Of a DNA stretch of 64,000 nt, positions 27,741 to 40,365 are shown in pieces; the stretch's first letter is position 1, and each line of letters begins with the position of its first letter. Source of the DNA: Mustelus asterias (Eukaryota); the NCBI RefSeq assembly GCF_964213995.1, contig NC_135808.1, positions 50,220,001 to 50,284,000 on the forward strand. The letters run 5' to 3'. Under the pieces are notes generated by a model. That model saw nothing but the letters and a program-made list of their open reading frames with translations, ran no database searches and was not told where the DNA came from. The translations under genes and the position numbers were made by a program.

Positions 27741-29224
27741 AAATATATAATCTTAACCAACGCAATCTCTCCACCTACATCAATCCCACTGTCGCAGAAA
27801 TCATTCCAGTAAACCTTTGCTGCACTCCCTCTGTCGTAAAAACATCCTTCCTCAGAAAAGGAGAGTAAAACTGTACACATTATTCCCAGTGTGGCCTCAC
27901 CAAGGCCCTGTATAACTGCAGAAAGACAGAATTACGAGGGACAGAGATAGGGTAGATATGAGGAAACTTTTCCCCTTAATCACAGAGGCAGCAGATTTTG
28001 AGGGACTTGAGGGAAATCTTTTCACCCAAAGGGTGCTGGGAATCTGGATCTCACTGCCTGAAAGGGTGGTGGAGGTGGGAGCACTCACAACATTTAAGAA
28101 ACATTTAGATGAGCGCTTGAAATTCCAAAGCATACAAGGCAACGGACCAAATGCTGGAAAATGGGATTGGAATAGATAGGTGCTTGGTGGCCGGCACAGA
28201 CATGGACAATAGAATCCCTGAAGTGCAGGCGGAGGCCATTCGGCCCATCGAGTCTGCATCGACTCTTACCCCATAACCCCATGTATTTACCTCACTAATC
28301 CCCCTCACCTGTTAGAATTTTATAGGTCTCCATGAGTTGCCTCTGAACTCCAGTGAATATAAGTCTTAACCAACTCAATGTCTCCTCATACATCAGTCCC
28401 ATTATAACAGGAATCAGTCTGGGATACCTTCTCTGCACTCCCTCTAGAGCAAAAATATCCTTCCTGAGATAGGGAGACCGAAACTGCGCACAATATTCCC
28501 AGTGCGGCCTCACCAAGGCCCTGTATAACTGCAGCAGGTCAGAATTATGAAGACATAAAGCAGATACGAAGAAACTTTTCCCCTTTTAGCAGCAGATTCA
28601 AAAACCAGGGAGCATAGATTTAATCTCAGAAGCAGAAGATTTTGAGGGATTGGAGGAAAAACTTTTTCACTCAGAGGCTGTTGGGAATCTGGAACTCACT
28701 GCCTGAAGTGGTGGGAGACACAGGAACCCTCATAACATTTAAGAAGTATTTAGATGAGCATTTGAAATTCCAAAGCATACAAGGCTACGGACCAAGTGCT
28801 GGAAAATGGGATTAGAATAGTTGGGTGCTTGAATGCCGGCAGAGACAGGATGGGCTGAAGGGCCTTTTTCTGTGATGTAAAACTCTTTGACACTCTGACT
28901 GAGCCAAGATGGCCGAGAATGTAAAGTGACCAGCTTCTGGAAAATTCCGATGTGGGTTGTATTTGACTGACTAGTCCCGAGAGAAGATGAAATGTCACAC
29001 CTGAAAGGTGTCAGGGGCTTCTTCAAACAGGAAATAGAAATGCAGATCGAAAAAATGCCGAAGCCTCAACTTTGATCTCCTATTGTTACGGTGACAATGG
29101 AGACTGATTATCACATCTCAGCAGACATCCAAAACCCATCTCCTGTTGAGTTATACCTCAGAATGCGGAAATGGTCTGAGTTCAAAGTAAACTGACTCAG
29201 GGGTGAAAGAAATCTCAGAAATCT

Positions 29225-29563
29225 CAGAACCCTACAGCACAGAAGGAGGCCATTCGGCCCATCGGGTCTGCACCGACCACAATCCCACCCAGGCCCTACC
29301 CCCATATCCCTCGATATTTTACCCACAAATCCCTCTAACCTATGCATCCCAGGACACTAAGGGCAATTTTTTTTAGCATGGCCAATCAACCTAACCCGCA
29401 CATCTTTGGACTTTGGGAGGAAACCGGAGCACCCGGAGGAAACCCACGCAGACACGAGGAGAATGTGCAAACTCAACACAGACAGTGACCCAAGCCGGGA
29501 ATCGAACCCAGGTCCTTGGAGCTGTGAAGCAGCAGTGCTAACCACTGTGCTACCGTGCCACCC
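29225..29563 (-). mobile_element. HE1-like SINE
   Basis: Same head, CR1-type tail. Confidence 0.85.
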
Positions 29564-30705
29564 CATTTCAGGAAACAACAGGGAAACGGGTTAAAAATCC
29601 AACTGCACACCTGAGCTGTGTGTACTGGTGCTGTGTGACAGAATGTGAGTTGAGACATTTTTCCGGGTGCTCCATATTCCTCCCACAGTCCAAAGATCTG
29701 CAGGTTAGATGGATTGGCCATGCTAAAATGCCCCTAGTGTGTTCTTTAGGTGGGTTAGCAATGGTAAATGCGCAGGGTTACAGGGATAGGGTGGGGAGCC
29801 TGGGTAAGAAGCTCTTTCAGAGAGTTGGTACAGATTCGATGGACTGAATAGCCTCCTTCTGCACTGTAGAGATTCAATGGCTAATAAAGGAATACGTGGA
29901 CTGTGTAAGGTTTCCACGGGTGAAGGGATCCATTTTAAATGAACCCTGTTGTGACCAATCGAGTGCGGGGTTCCAGCTGATTACTCCTCACCCAGGAGCA
30001 AAACAAAATGGGGATCCCATTCAGGAAGTTAACAAACGAGGGATCTTGTCTGAGGACTGGTCACAACATGTACACAGCAAGATCCCACACACAGCAATGC
30101 GAACAATCAGCATTTTCAGTGATGTTGGATCCAGGATAAATATCGGATTGAACTCGTCCCAGAGAGAAAGTAACTGAGAGTCTCCCCAAAAGCCTGGAAC
30201 ACTGAAGCCACTGGATTGTGGGCCCTGCTGTAGCTGTTTGTCATCAGAACTTTAGCAAGAGATAAGCAGGGAGTGGAGAGGGCAGAGTGAAAGCTGGGGG
30301 AGGTGGCACCTCGGTGTCTCACTGTGCTGGTGCTGTGATCAGTTATATCAGAGAGTGTGACAGGGAGTCCGACTTCACATCAAACTCTGCCTGTGTGTGT
30401 CACACTGAGACTGACAGGAGCCTAGAGAGTGATTTCACTCCATGCTGCAGGAATGTGAGCACAGTCTGCAAACGTCCAGATCTCCTCCACACGGTGGGTA
30501 AAAGCTGCTTACTTATATCTTGCTGCTTAAAGGGGGGAATGGAAGGAAAGAAATACAGCTGGGCTCCCTATTCCACACAATGTTCTTCAATCAACCATTT
30601 CATTGACTGCAGCTTCCTCACCAACACCTTCAACTATTCAGCATTTGTGTTTGAGAAAGTTTCAGCATTGAAAGGGTTAATAACGGAGGATTGGGCTTTA
30701 CTTAC

Positions 30706-30740
30706 TCAGTCTGAGTTTGGTTCCTTTACCGAACGTAAGG
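30706..30740 (-). CDS. IGKJ: Ig kappa-type J segment, cluster 1 (LTFGKGTKLRL)
   Basis: FGxG motif directly after the RSS, ending in A|GTAAGT phase-1 donor. Confidence 0.96.
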
Positions 30741-30779
30741 CACACTGACAGCTTCCAGTGCAGGAGCTGTACAAAAACC
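30741..30779 (-). other. 23-spacer RSS 5' of J, cluster 1
   Basis: On the + strand: CACACTG + 23 nt + ACAAAAACC (heptamer has one mismatch, CAC intact). Confidence 0.95.
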
Positions 30780-30818
30780 TCTGCTCTCTGCCTCACTCAC
30801 TCACTCACTCATCTCTTC

Positions 30819-31017
30819 NNNNNNNNNNNNNNNNNNNNNNNNNNNNNNNNNNNNNNNNNNNNNNNNNNNNNNNNNNNNNNNNNNNNNNNNNNNNNNNNNN
30901 NNNNNNNNNNNNNNNNNNNNNNNNNNNNNNNNNNNNNNNNNNNNNNNNNNNNNNNNNNNNNNNNNNNNNNNNNNNNNNNNNNNNNNNNNNNNNNNNNNNN
31001 NNNNNNNNNNNNNNNNN
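30819..31017. other. Assembly gap (N run) inside the V-J interval
   Basis: N run; the paralogous interval 63213-63297 is a GA-rich microsatellite. Confidence 0.99.
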
Positions 31018-31194
31018 GTTTTGTCGGGAGAGTTGAGAATTCTAATTTGAGATGATGAATCTTTCAGCTGCTCTTCATATGTGGACATGGAGAGTAAGAG
31101 GGAAACTCGAGGCCTTCAGCGAGCGGTGGACACCACAGGGACTGGAGTGTGTAGTGGACAGTGCAAATAATTTGTCCAGTTTCCTTTCTTGTCT

Positions 31195-31430
31195 TTATTA
31201 TATATTATATAAAACTGTGGGATGTGTCAGTACAGGAGGTGGGACTGTGTGTCCATTATTATATATTATATAAAACTGTGGGATGTGTCAGTACAGGAGG
31301 TGGGACTGTGTGTCCATTATTATATATTATATAAAACTGTGCGATGTGTCAGTACAGGAGGTGGGACTGTGTGTCCATTATTATATATTATATAAAACTG
31401 TGGGATGTGTCAGTACAGGAGGTGGTGCTG
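31195..31430. repeat. 61-bp minisatellite between V-RSS and J-RSS (~4 units)
   Basis: Unit tataaaactgtgggatgtgtcagtacaggaggtgggactgtgtgtccattattatatatta. Confidence 0.95.
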
Positions 31431-31440
31431 TGTGTGGGGG

Positions 31441-31468
31441 GGTTTTTGTAAGGCTCTGTATCACTGTG
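31441..31468 (-). other. 12-spacer recombination signal sequence 3' of V
   Basis: CACAGTG + atacagagcctt (12 nt) + ACAAAAACC, perfect consensus; V-12/J-23 is the kappa configuration. Confidence 0.97.
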
Positions 31469-31766
31469 TAGGGGTAGCTGCTATGTTGCAGACAGTAATA
31501 ATCAGCGACATCCTCATTCTGTACATTGCTGATTGTCAGGGTGAATCTTGTCCCAGATTGACTCCCACTGAATCGGTCGGATATTCCTGTGAATCGAGTT
31601 GCTGCATTATAGATCAGCAGAGCCGGTTTCTGTCCTTCTCGCTGTTGGTACCAATTCACGTAATTGCTAACAGATTGACTGGCCGTACAGGTGATGGTGG
31701 CGGTCTGGCCCAGGCTCACTGACAGCACCGGGGGAGACTGGGTCATGATGATGTCTCCACTGATAC
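31469..31766 (-). CDS. IGKV: Ig kappa-type (NS4-like) V exon, germline unrearranged, open frame
   Basis: Polypyrimidine-CAG acceptor; [23 protein letters not shown]...WYQQ...RFSGS...DVADYYC with canonical Cys/Trp/Cys; resembles shark NS4 kappa V. Confidence 0.96.
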
Positions 31767-31952
31767 CTGAGGGGTAATAGAGAAACAGAGTGAAGTAAGA
31801 ACTGTCACAGAAAGACGCTGTACAATGAGATATTGTTGGAGACACTGACTGTTCCTCTCCTTTCAGTATTTTCCCTTCAATCACAAGTCAGGAGAATTGG
31901 ATTGAAATGGAGAGCAGGAAAATATTAAAGGTGGAAGGAGAGAGATTTGTAC

Positions 31953-32001
31953 CTGCGATGCAGAATGCCAGAGGCCAGAGCAGCTGGATGGCTGAAATCA
32001 T
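31953..32001 (-). CDS. Ig kappa-type light chain leader exon, cluster 1 (MISAIQLLWPLAFCIA-G)
   Basis: ACC-ATG start, 16 hydrophobic codons plus 1 nt, then a GTACAA donor (phase 1); 186-bp intron to the V exon. Confidence 0.93.
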
Positions 32002-32060
32002 GGTGTGTGGTCGTGTCCCTGTGCCTGGTTACTGATAAACTCTCCCTTCACTGGGCTCTG

Positions 32061-32155
32061 CTTTATAAAGCTGCAGCCTGTCAGAGTCTCACTGCCTGTT
32101 CCTCAGTTTGTAAATGGTCTGACCCAGAGAAACCACGTCAGCACCTTTCACTTCC
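32061..32155 (-). promoter_or_regulatory. V promoter, cluster 1
   Basis: GGAAGTGAAA (Ets-IRF composite), TGACGTGG, octamer-like ATTTACAA and TATAAA ~65 nt upstream of the ATG; conserved in cluster 2. Confidence 0.7.
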
Positions 32156-33306
32156 TCTTCTTCTCTCTCCCTCCCTCAGTCTCTGTCTCTCTCACTCTCT
32201 CTGTATCTGTCCATCAGTCTCTGCCCCTCTCTGTCTGTCTCCCTGTCTTTCTCTCCTTGCCTTGCACCATTTCTGCTATCTCTCTTTCCCTACCGCTCTT
32301 TCCGTCTCTCTTCCTCTCTCACTTTCTTTCTCAGTTGTCCCTCTGTCTATTCATTTCCCCAGAAGAGACACCACCCTCCTGGTATCCACTCTGTCAGTCC
32401 CCTCACAATCTGATATGATTCAATAAGATCACCTCCCATCCTTCTAAACTCCAATGGGTCCAACCTGTCCAACTTTTCTTCACAAGATAACCCCTCACCC
32501 CAGGAATGTGTCGAGTGAATCTTCTCTGAACTGCTTCCAACACAATGATATCCTTTTCCAAATAAGGAGACCTAAACTGTACACAGTATTCCAGATGTGG
32601 TCTCACCGAGACCCTGTACAGCTGCAGTAAAACTTCCCTATTTTTATATTCCATTCTCCTTGTAAGAAACACCAACATTCCATTTCTCTTCCTAATCACT
32701 TGCTGTAGCTGCAGACTAACTTGTTGTGATTCATGTCCCAGGACAGCCAGATCCCTCTGTAGCACCGAGTTGTGCAATCTCTCTCCATTTCAATAGTTTA
32801 CTGCTGTTCTATTCTTCCTGCCAAAGTGGACACCTTCACATTTACCCAGGATATACTCCAAATGTTTAGCCACTCACTTCCTCTGTCCCTATCCCTTTGC
32901 AGACTCTCTACCTCCTCTTGATAACTTACTTTCCCACCTATCTTAGTGTCATTGGGACATCAGCTCCATTCACTCCCTTCATCCAAGTCATTGATATGGA
33001 TTGTGAATAGTTGTGGTCCCAGCACTGATTGTTCCAGAATTCCACTAATTACACCTTGCCAACCCCAAAACAATCATTTATCCCCTCTTTCTGGTTTCTG
33101 TTAGTTAGCTAACCAATCCTCTATCAATGCTAATATATTGCCCACACACCATGAGCTCGTATCTTGTGTGGTAACATTTGATGTGGTCATATATTAAATA
33201 CCTTTTGGAATTCTGTGTACATCACATCTACAAGTTCCTCTTTATCCACTTTGTGACTTCCTCAAAGGTGGACAATCACACATTTAGCATAAAGAAACTG
33301 CTCCTC

Positions 33307-33600
33307 GGGTGGTACAGTGGTCAGCACTGCTGCCTCATAGCGCCGGGGACCCGGTTTCAATTCCCAGCTTGTGTCACTGTCTGTGTGGAGTTTACACCTT
33401 CTCCCTGTGTCTGCGTGGGATTCCTCTGGATGCTCCGGTTTCCTGTCACAGACGAAGGATGTACAGGTTAGGTGAATTCGCCATGCCAACTTCTCCCTCA
33501 GTGTACCTGAACAGTCGCTGGAGTTTGGTGACTCGGGAATTTTCACAGTAACTTCATTGCAGTGTGAACGTAAGCCTACTTGTGACTAATAAATAAACTT
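33307..33600 (+). mobile_element. tRNA-derived SINE, left-arm specific
   Basis: SINE head and AATAAATAAACTTT tail; absent at ~60800. Confidence 0.8.
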
Positions 33601-33634
33601 TGCTTTTACTTTACATCCACCATGGTGTCCATGT

Positions 33635-34880
33635 CCCACTGGTGCCTCCAATAGGGACCAGTAAACATGGGCCTCCATCCCACTGGAGCCTCCAGTAGGG
33701 ACCAGTAAACATGGGCCTCCTTCCCACTGGAGCCTCCAATAGGGACCAGTAAACATGGGCCTCCTTCCCACTGGAGCCTCCAATAGGGACCAGTAAACAT
33801 GGGCCTCCTTCCCACTGGAGCCTCCAGTAGGGACCAGTAAACATGGGCCTCCTTCCCACTGGAGCCTCCAGTAGGGATCATAGAGGTTTACAGCATGGAA
33901 ACAGGCCCTGCGGCCCAACTTGTCCATGCCGCCCTTTTTGTTTTACAACCCCTAAACTAATCCCAATTGCTGTATTTGGCCCATATCCCTTTATACCCAT
34001 CGTACCCATGTAACTATCTAAATGCTTTTTAAAAGATAAAATTGTACCCGCCTCTACTACTACCTCTGGCAGCTTGTTCCAGACACTCATCACCCTCTGT
34101 GTGAAAAAATTGCCCCTCTGGACACTTTTGTACCTCTCCCCTCTCACCTTAAATCTATGCCCTCTAGTTTTAGATTCCCCTACCTTTGGGAAAAGATTTT
34201 GACTATCTACCTTGTCTATGCCCCTCATTATTTTATAGACCTCTATAAGGTCACCCCTCAACCTCCTACACTCCAGAGAAAAAAGTCCCAGTCTATTCAG
34301 CTTCTCCTTATAACTCAATCCATCAAGTCCCGGTAGCATCCTCATAAATCTTCCCTGCACTCTTTCTAGTTTAATAATATCCTTTCTATAATAGGGTGAC
34401 CAGAATTGCACACAGTATTCCAAGTGTGGCCTTACCAATGTCTTGTACAACTTCAACAAGACGTCCCAACTCCTGTATTCAATGTTCTGACCGATGAAAC
34501 CAAGCATGCTGAATGCCTTCTTCACCACTCTGTCCACCTGTGACTCCACTTTCAAGGAGCTATGAACATGTACCCCTAGATCTCTTTGTTCTGTAACTCT
34601 CCCCAACACCCTACCATTAACTGAGTAAGTCCTGTCCTGGTTCAATCTACCAGAATGCTTCACCTCGCATTTGTCTAAATTAAACTCCATCTGCCATTCG
34701 TCAGCCCAATTGAACAAGATCCCGCTGCAATTGGAGATAACCTTCCTCACTGTCAGTAAACATGGGCCTCCTTCCCACTGGAGCCTCCAGTAGGGACCAG
34801 TAAACATGGGCCTCCTTCCCACTGGAGCCTCCAATAGGGACCAGTAAACATGGGCCTCCTTCCCACTGGAGCCTCCAGTA
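33635..34880. repeat. 44-bp minisatellite split by a CR1 insertion
   Basis: Unit gggaccagtaaacatgggcctccttcccactggagcctccagta at 33635-33877 and 34753-34880. Confidence 0.9.
33878..34752 (-). mobile_element. CR1 3' fragment, left-arm specific
   Basis: CR1 ORF2 C-terminus; absent from the paralogous array. Confidence 0.92.
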
Positions 34881-36604
34881 GCTGAGCTTCAAACTCCACA
34901 TCCTCTCCATCACGTAAGCCTCTTATTTCCATCTCCACAACATTTTCCGTCTCTACACTACACCAGTCCCGTGAGCACAGTAACCTTAGCCCATTTGTCC
35001 CACCCCCTAACTCCAATATTCCAATATCCTCTTCTGGCTCCCTTCATCCATGCTCCATAAACTCCAACTTGTCCCAAATGCAGTGGGTCCGGACCCTGTC
35101 TCACACAAAGTGTCATTCCAACACTACCCCTGACCTCACTGACCTATGACCCCTGACCTCATTGCCCTTCAATTCTCTCCATGGACTCACTCCTCCCTAC
35201 CTCTGCGTCCTGCTGCAGACTCACATTCCCTCCCTCGCCTTCCATCTGCTGACTCTGTTCTCCTGCCCATCGCTGCTTCCTTCATCCCACCACTGACAGC
35301 AGAGTCTTCAGACGCTCAGGCCTTGCTCTCTGACCTCCCACCCTTAATCCCTCCCCTCTCCAAGTCTCTCCCTCCATCAAACTCCACCCTTTCACCCAAG
35401 CCTTCGATCTCTCTTCGTAATGTGCCCCGTGCCCTCCCCCATTCCTCTTACTGCTGCTCTTTGAAACATCTTTGAATGTTTCATACATTAAGGTGCTATA
35501 TAAATTCAGGTTTTATGTGGATTTTGGTTGGGGACATAATTGCACACGGTATTGAAGGCTTCTGCAGTCAAATATCCTGCTGACGGGATCCAGATTTCAA
35601 CACACAGAATGAGACATTGCATAAAGTAGGAATTATTCAAAATGTATTCATTGACGGGGTGTGGGTGTCACTGGTTATACCAGCATTTATTGCCCATCCC
35701 TAATTGCCCTTGAGAAGGTGGTGATAAGCTGCCTTCTTGAACTCAGTCCATGAGGTGTACATACACCCACAGTGCTGTTAGGGAGGGAGTTCCAGGATTT
35801 TGACCCAGCGACAGTGAAGAAACGGTGATGTATTTCCAAGTCAGAATGGCGTGTGGCTTGGAGGGAAACCTCTTGGTGGTGTTGATCTGCTGCTTTTGTC
35901 TTTCCAGATGGCAGTGCTCATGTGTTTGGAAGGTGCTGCCTCTGGAACCTTGGTGAATTTATGCAGGGTACCTTATAGATGCTACACATTGCTGCCACTG
36001 TTTGACAGTGGTGGAGGGATTTAACGTTTGCGAATGTGATGCTAATCAAGCGGGGCTACTTTGTCCTGGATGGTGTTGAGCTTCTTGAGTGTTGCTGGGA
36101 GCTCTACTCATCCAGACAAGTGGAGAGTATTCCATCACACTCCGGACTTGTGCCTTGTAGATGGTGGACAGGCTTTGGAGAGTCAGGATGTGAGTTACTC
36201 ACCGCAGGATTCCTATCCACTGACCTGCTCTTGTAGCCACAGTATTTATAGGCTGGTCCAGTTGAGTTTCTGGTCAATCATATCCAACAGGATTTTACAG
36301 TGGGGGATTCAGCAATGGTAATGACATTGAATGTCAAGGGGAGATGTTAAAATTCTCTCTTGTTGGAGATGGTGATTCCGTGGCACTTGTGTGGCACGAA
36401 TGTTCCTGCTTCAATATCTGAGGAGTTGTGAATGGTGCTGAGCATTGTGCAATCGTCAGTGAACATCCCCACTTCTGAAGGTTATTAATGAAGCAGCTGA
36501 AGATGGTTGTGTCTCAGACACTACCCTGAGGAACTCCTGCAGTGATGTCCCAAGGCAATCTCAGATAGAAATCCTATAACCACAACCATCTTCTCATCAT
36601 ATTG

Positions 36605-36880
36605 GGTGGCGCAGCGCCAGGGACCCGGGTTTGATTCCTCTTGGGTCACCGTCTGTATGGAATCTGCATGTTCTCCCTGTGTCTGTGTGGGTTTCCTCCG
36701 GGAGCTCCGGTTTCCTCCAACAGTCCAAAGGACGTGCTGGTTTAGGTGCATGCTAAATTCTCCCTCGGTGTACCCGAACAGGCGCCGCCAAGTGTGGCAA
36801 CTACAGGATTTTCACAGTAACTTCATTGCAGTGTTAATGTAAGCCTATTTGTGACACTAATACTGACACTTAAACTTTAA
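36605..36880 (+). mobile_element. tRNA-derived SINE, left-arm specific
   Basis: SINE body flanked by duplicated aaatcc(t/a)ataaccacaaccatcttc. Confidence 0.8.
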
Positions 36881-37423
36881 AATCCAATAACCACAACCAT
36901 CTTCCTTTGTGCTGGGTGTGACTCCAGCCAGTGGAGAGTTTTCCCCTGATTCCCATTGGCTCCAGTTTTGCTGGGCTCCTTGATGCCACACTCGGTCAAA
37001 TGCTGCCTTGGTGTCAAGGGCAGTCACTCTCACCTCACCTCTGGGGTTCAGCTCTTTTGTCCATGTTTGAACCAAGGCTGTAATGAGGTCAGGAGCTGAG
37101 TGACCCTGGCGGAACCCAAACTGAACATCAGTGAGCAGGTTGTTGCTAGTAAGTGCCGCTTGATAGAACTGTCGACAAATTAAATCACTTTACTGATGAT
37201 TGAGAGTAGCCTGATGGGGCGGTAAGTGGCCAGAATAGATTTGTCCTGTTTTTTGGTATACAGGACATACCTGGGCAATTTTCCACATTGCCGGGTAGAT
37301 GCCAGTGTTGTAGCTGTACTGGAACAGCTTGGCTCAGGGCGCGGCAAGTTCTGGAGCACACGTCTTCACGACTATTGCTGGAATATTGTCAGGATCCAGA
37401 GTTTTTGCAGTATCCATTTGTAA

Positions 37424-38541
37424 ATGTATCAAAGAACAAGAACAAAGAACAAAGAACAGTACAGCACAGGAAACAGGCCCTTCGGCCCTCCAAGCCTGTG
37501 CTGCTCCTTGGTCCAACTAGACCAATCGTTTGTATCCCTCCATTCCCAGGCTGCTCATGTGACTATCCAGGTAAGTCTTAAACGATGTCAGCGTGCCTGC
37601 CTCCACCACCCTACTTGGCAGCGCATTCCAGGCCCCCACCACCCTCTGTGTAAAAAACATCCCTCTGATGTCTGAGTTATACTTCGCCCCTCTCAGCTTG
37701 AGCCCGTGACCCCTCGTGATCGTCACCTCCGACCTGGGAAAAAGCTTCCCACTGTTCACCCTATCTATACCCTTCATAATCTTGTATACCTCTATTAGAT
37801 CTCCCCTCATTCTCCGTCTTTCCAAGGAGAACAACCCCAGTCTACCCAATCTCTCCTCATAGCTAAGACCCTCCATACCAGGCAACATCCTGGCAAACCT
37901 TCTCTGCACTCTCTCCAATGCCTCCACGTCCTTCTGGTAGTGCGGCGACCAGAACTGGACGCAGTACTCCAAATGTGGCCTAACCAGCGTTCTATACAGC
38001 TGCATCATCAGACTCCAGCTTTTATACTCTATACCCCGTCCTATAAAGGCAAGCATACCATATGCCTTCTTCACCACCTTCTCCACCTGTGTTGCCACCT
38101 TCAAGGATTTGTGGACTTGCACACCTAGGTCCCTCTGTGTTTCTATACTCCTGATGACTCTGCCATTTATTATATAACTCCTCCCTACATTATTTCTTCC
38201 AAAATGCATCACTTCGCATTTATCCGGATTAAACTCCATCTGCCACCTCTCCGCCCAATTTTCCAGCCTATCTATATCCTGCTGTATTGCCCGACAATGC
38301 TCTTCGCTATCCGCAATTCCAGCCATCTTCGTGTCATCCGCAAACTTGCTGATTACACCAGTTACACCTTCTTCCAAATCATTTATATATATCACAAATA
38401 GCAGAGGTCCCAGTACAGAGCCCTGCGGAACACCACTGGTCACAGACCTCCAGCCAGAAAAAGACCCTTCGACCACTACCCTCTGTCTCCTATGGCCAAG
38501 CCAGTTCTCCACCCATCTAGCCACTTCTCCTTGTATCCCAT
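37424..38541 (-). mobile_element. CR1 3' fragment, left-arm specific
   Basis: Open RT frame with FADD; (TTCTTTG)n tail; empty site at ~57730. Confidence 0.92.
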
Positions 38542-38846
38542 GCCTTATCTTTTGCACTGATGTGCTGGATTCCTCCATCACTGAGAATGGGGATATTTAT
38601 GAAGCCTCCTCCTCCAGTGAGTTGTTTAATTAATGGTGTCCACCAACATTCACGGCAGAGCTTTGCCCTGATCCATTGGTTGTGGGATGGTTTAGTTCTA
38701 TCACGTGCTGCTTCTACTGTTTGACACACAGTCCTGTGTTGAAGCTTCACCAGGTTAACACCTCATTTTACAATTTATCTGCTGTTGCTCCTGGCATGCC
38801 CTCCTGCACTCTTCATTGAATCAGGGTTGATTCCCTGGCTTGGTGG

Positions 38847-39375
38847 TAGGGAGGCCAGATGTCCGGCTTTAGGCCGGACAGTCCGGCTTTTGAGCACTCT
38901 GTCCTCCATCCGGCGCCACCTCGAGCCGGACGCTAATTTGTCCTCCTTTTTTGGGTCACAATGCCCGGGTACTGATTGATGACAGCACCGGGCCAATAGG
39001 AAGAGGAGTGGGACTGCCAATTGGATCGAATGAGGGAAGGTGGAGCTGTGCGTCGATTTAAGCCTGCGCAGTGCGAGTCATGGGGAGGCAGATCAGGGTT
39101 TATCTCTTGTATTGACAAACGGTAAGAGGAAAATGGCGGAGATCAGGGAGCGATAAATCTGGAGGATGATGAAGAAGGCTTTATAAGCATGTTGTACAAG
39201 TCCAAACCCCGAAAAAGAGTTTCCCGATGTCATATTTGCACCGAGCCAGGCCACAGCTCCAATGTTCAGCTCCGCATTAACGGCCGCCATCTTAATTGGA
39301 TGCGATATGCAGCAGTGCGCATGCGCGGCTGCCATCTTTGTCCTCCTTTTTGGAAATTTGGAAATGGCCACCCTA
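38847..39375. mobile_element. hAT-like non-autonomous DNA transposon
   Basis: TAGGGAGGCCA...TGGCCACCCTA termini, 8-bp TSD CTTGGTGG; empty site in the paralogous arm at ~57410. Confidence 0.88.
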
Positions 39376-39680
39376 CTTGGTGGTAATGGTAGAGTGGGGG
39401 ATATGCCGGGCCATGAGGTTACAGATTGTGGTTGAGTACAATTCTGCTGCTGCTGATGGCCCACAGTGCCTCATGGATGCCCAGTTTTGAGTTGCTAGAT
39501 CTGTTTGAAATCTATCCCATTTAGCACGGTGGCAGTGCCACACAACACGATGGAGGGTACCCTCAATGTGAAGATGGGATTTTATCTCCACAAGGACTGT
39601 GCAGTGGTCACTCCTACCGATACTGTCATGGACAGATGCATCTGCGGCAGGCAGGTTGGTGAAGATGAGGTCAAGTATGT

Positions 39681-40365
39681 ACAAGTATAGATACATAATT
39701 CCCTAAAAGTGGTGTCACAGGTAGATAGGGTCGTAAAGAGTGCTTTTGGTACATTGGCCTTTATAAATCAAAGTATTGAGTATGAGAGTTGGAATGTTAT
39801 GGTGAGGTTGTATAAGACATTGGTGAGGCCGAATTTAGAGTATTGTGTGTAGTTTTGGTCACCTAATTACAGGAAGGATATTAATAAGGTTGAAAGAGTG
39901 CAGAGAAGGTTTACAAGGATGTTGCCGGGACTTGAGAAACTGAGTTACAGAGAAAGGTTGAATAGGTTCGGACTTTGTTCCCTGGAGCGTAGAAGAATGA
40001 GGGGAGATTTGATCGAGGTGTATAAAATTATGATGGGTATAGATAGAGTGAATGCAAGCAGGCTTTTTCCACTGAGGCTAGGGGAGAAAAAAACTCGAGG
40101 ACATGGGTTAAGGGTGAAGGGGGAAAAGTTTAAAGGGAATATTAGGGGGGGGCGTCTTCACACAGAGAGTGGTGGGAGTGTGGAATGAGCTGCCACATGA
40201 AGTGGTGAATGCGGACTCACTTTTAACATTTAAGAAAAACATGAGAGGGGTGTGGAGGGATATGGTCCAGGTGCAGGTCAGTGGGACGAGGCAGAAAAAT
40301 GGTTTGGCACAGCCAAGAAGGGCCAAAAGGCCTGTTTCTGTGCTGTAATGTTCTATGGCTCTATG
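39681..40365 (+). mobile_element. CR1 3' fragment, left-arm specific
   Basis: CR1 C-terminus; empty site at ~57113. Confidence 0.9.

Noticed and set aside
31381-31884. 167-aa ORF as a germline-joined VJ gene
   Set aside because: The frame simply runs through intron and RSS; V is followed by an intact 12-RSS and J is separate
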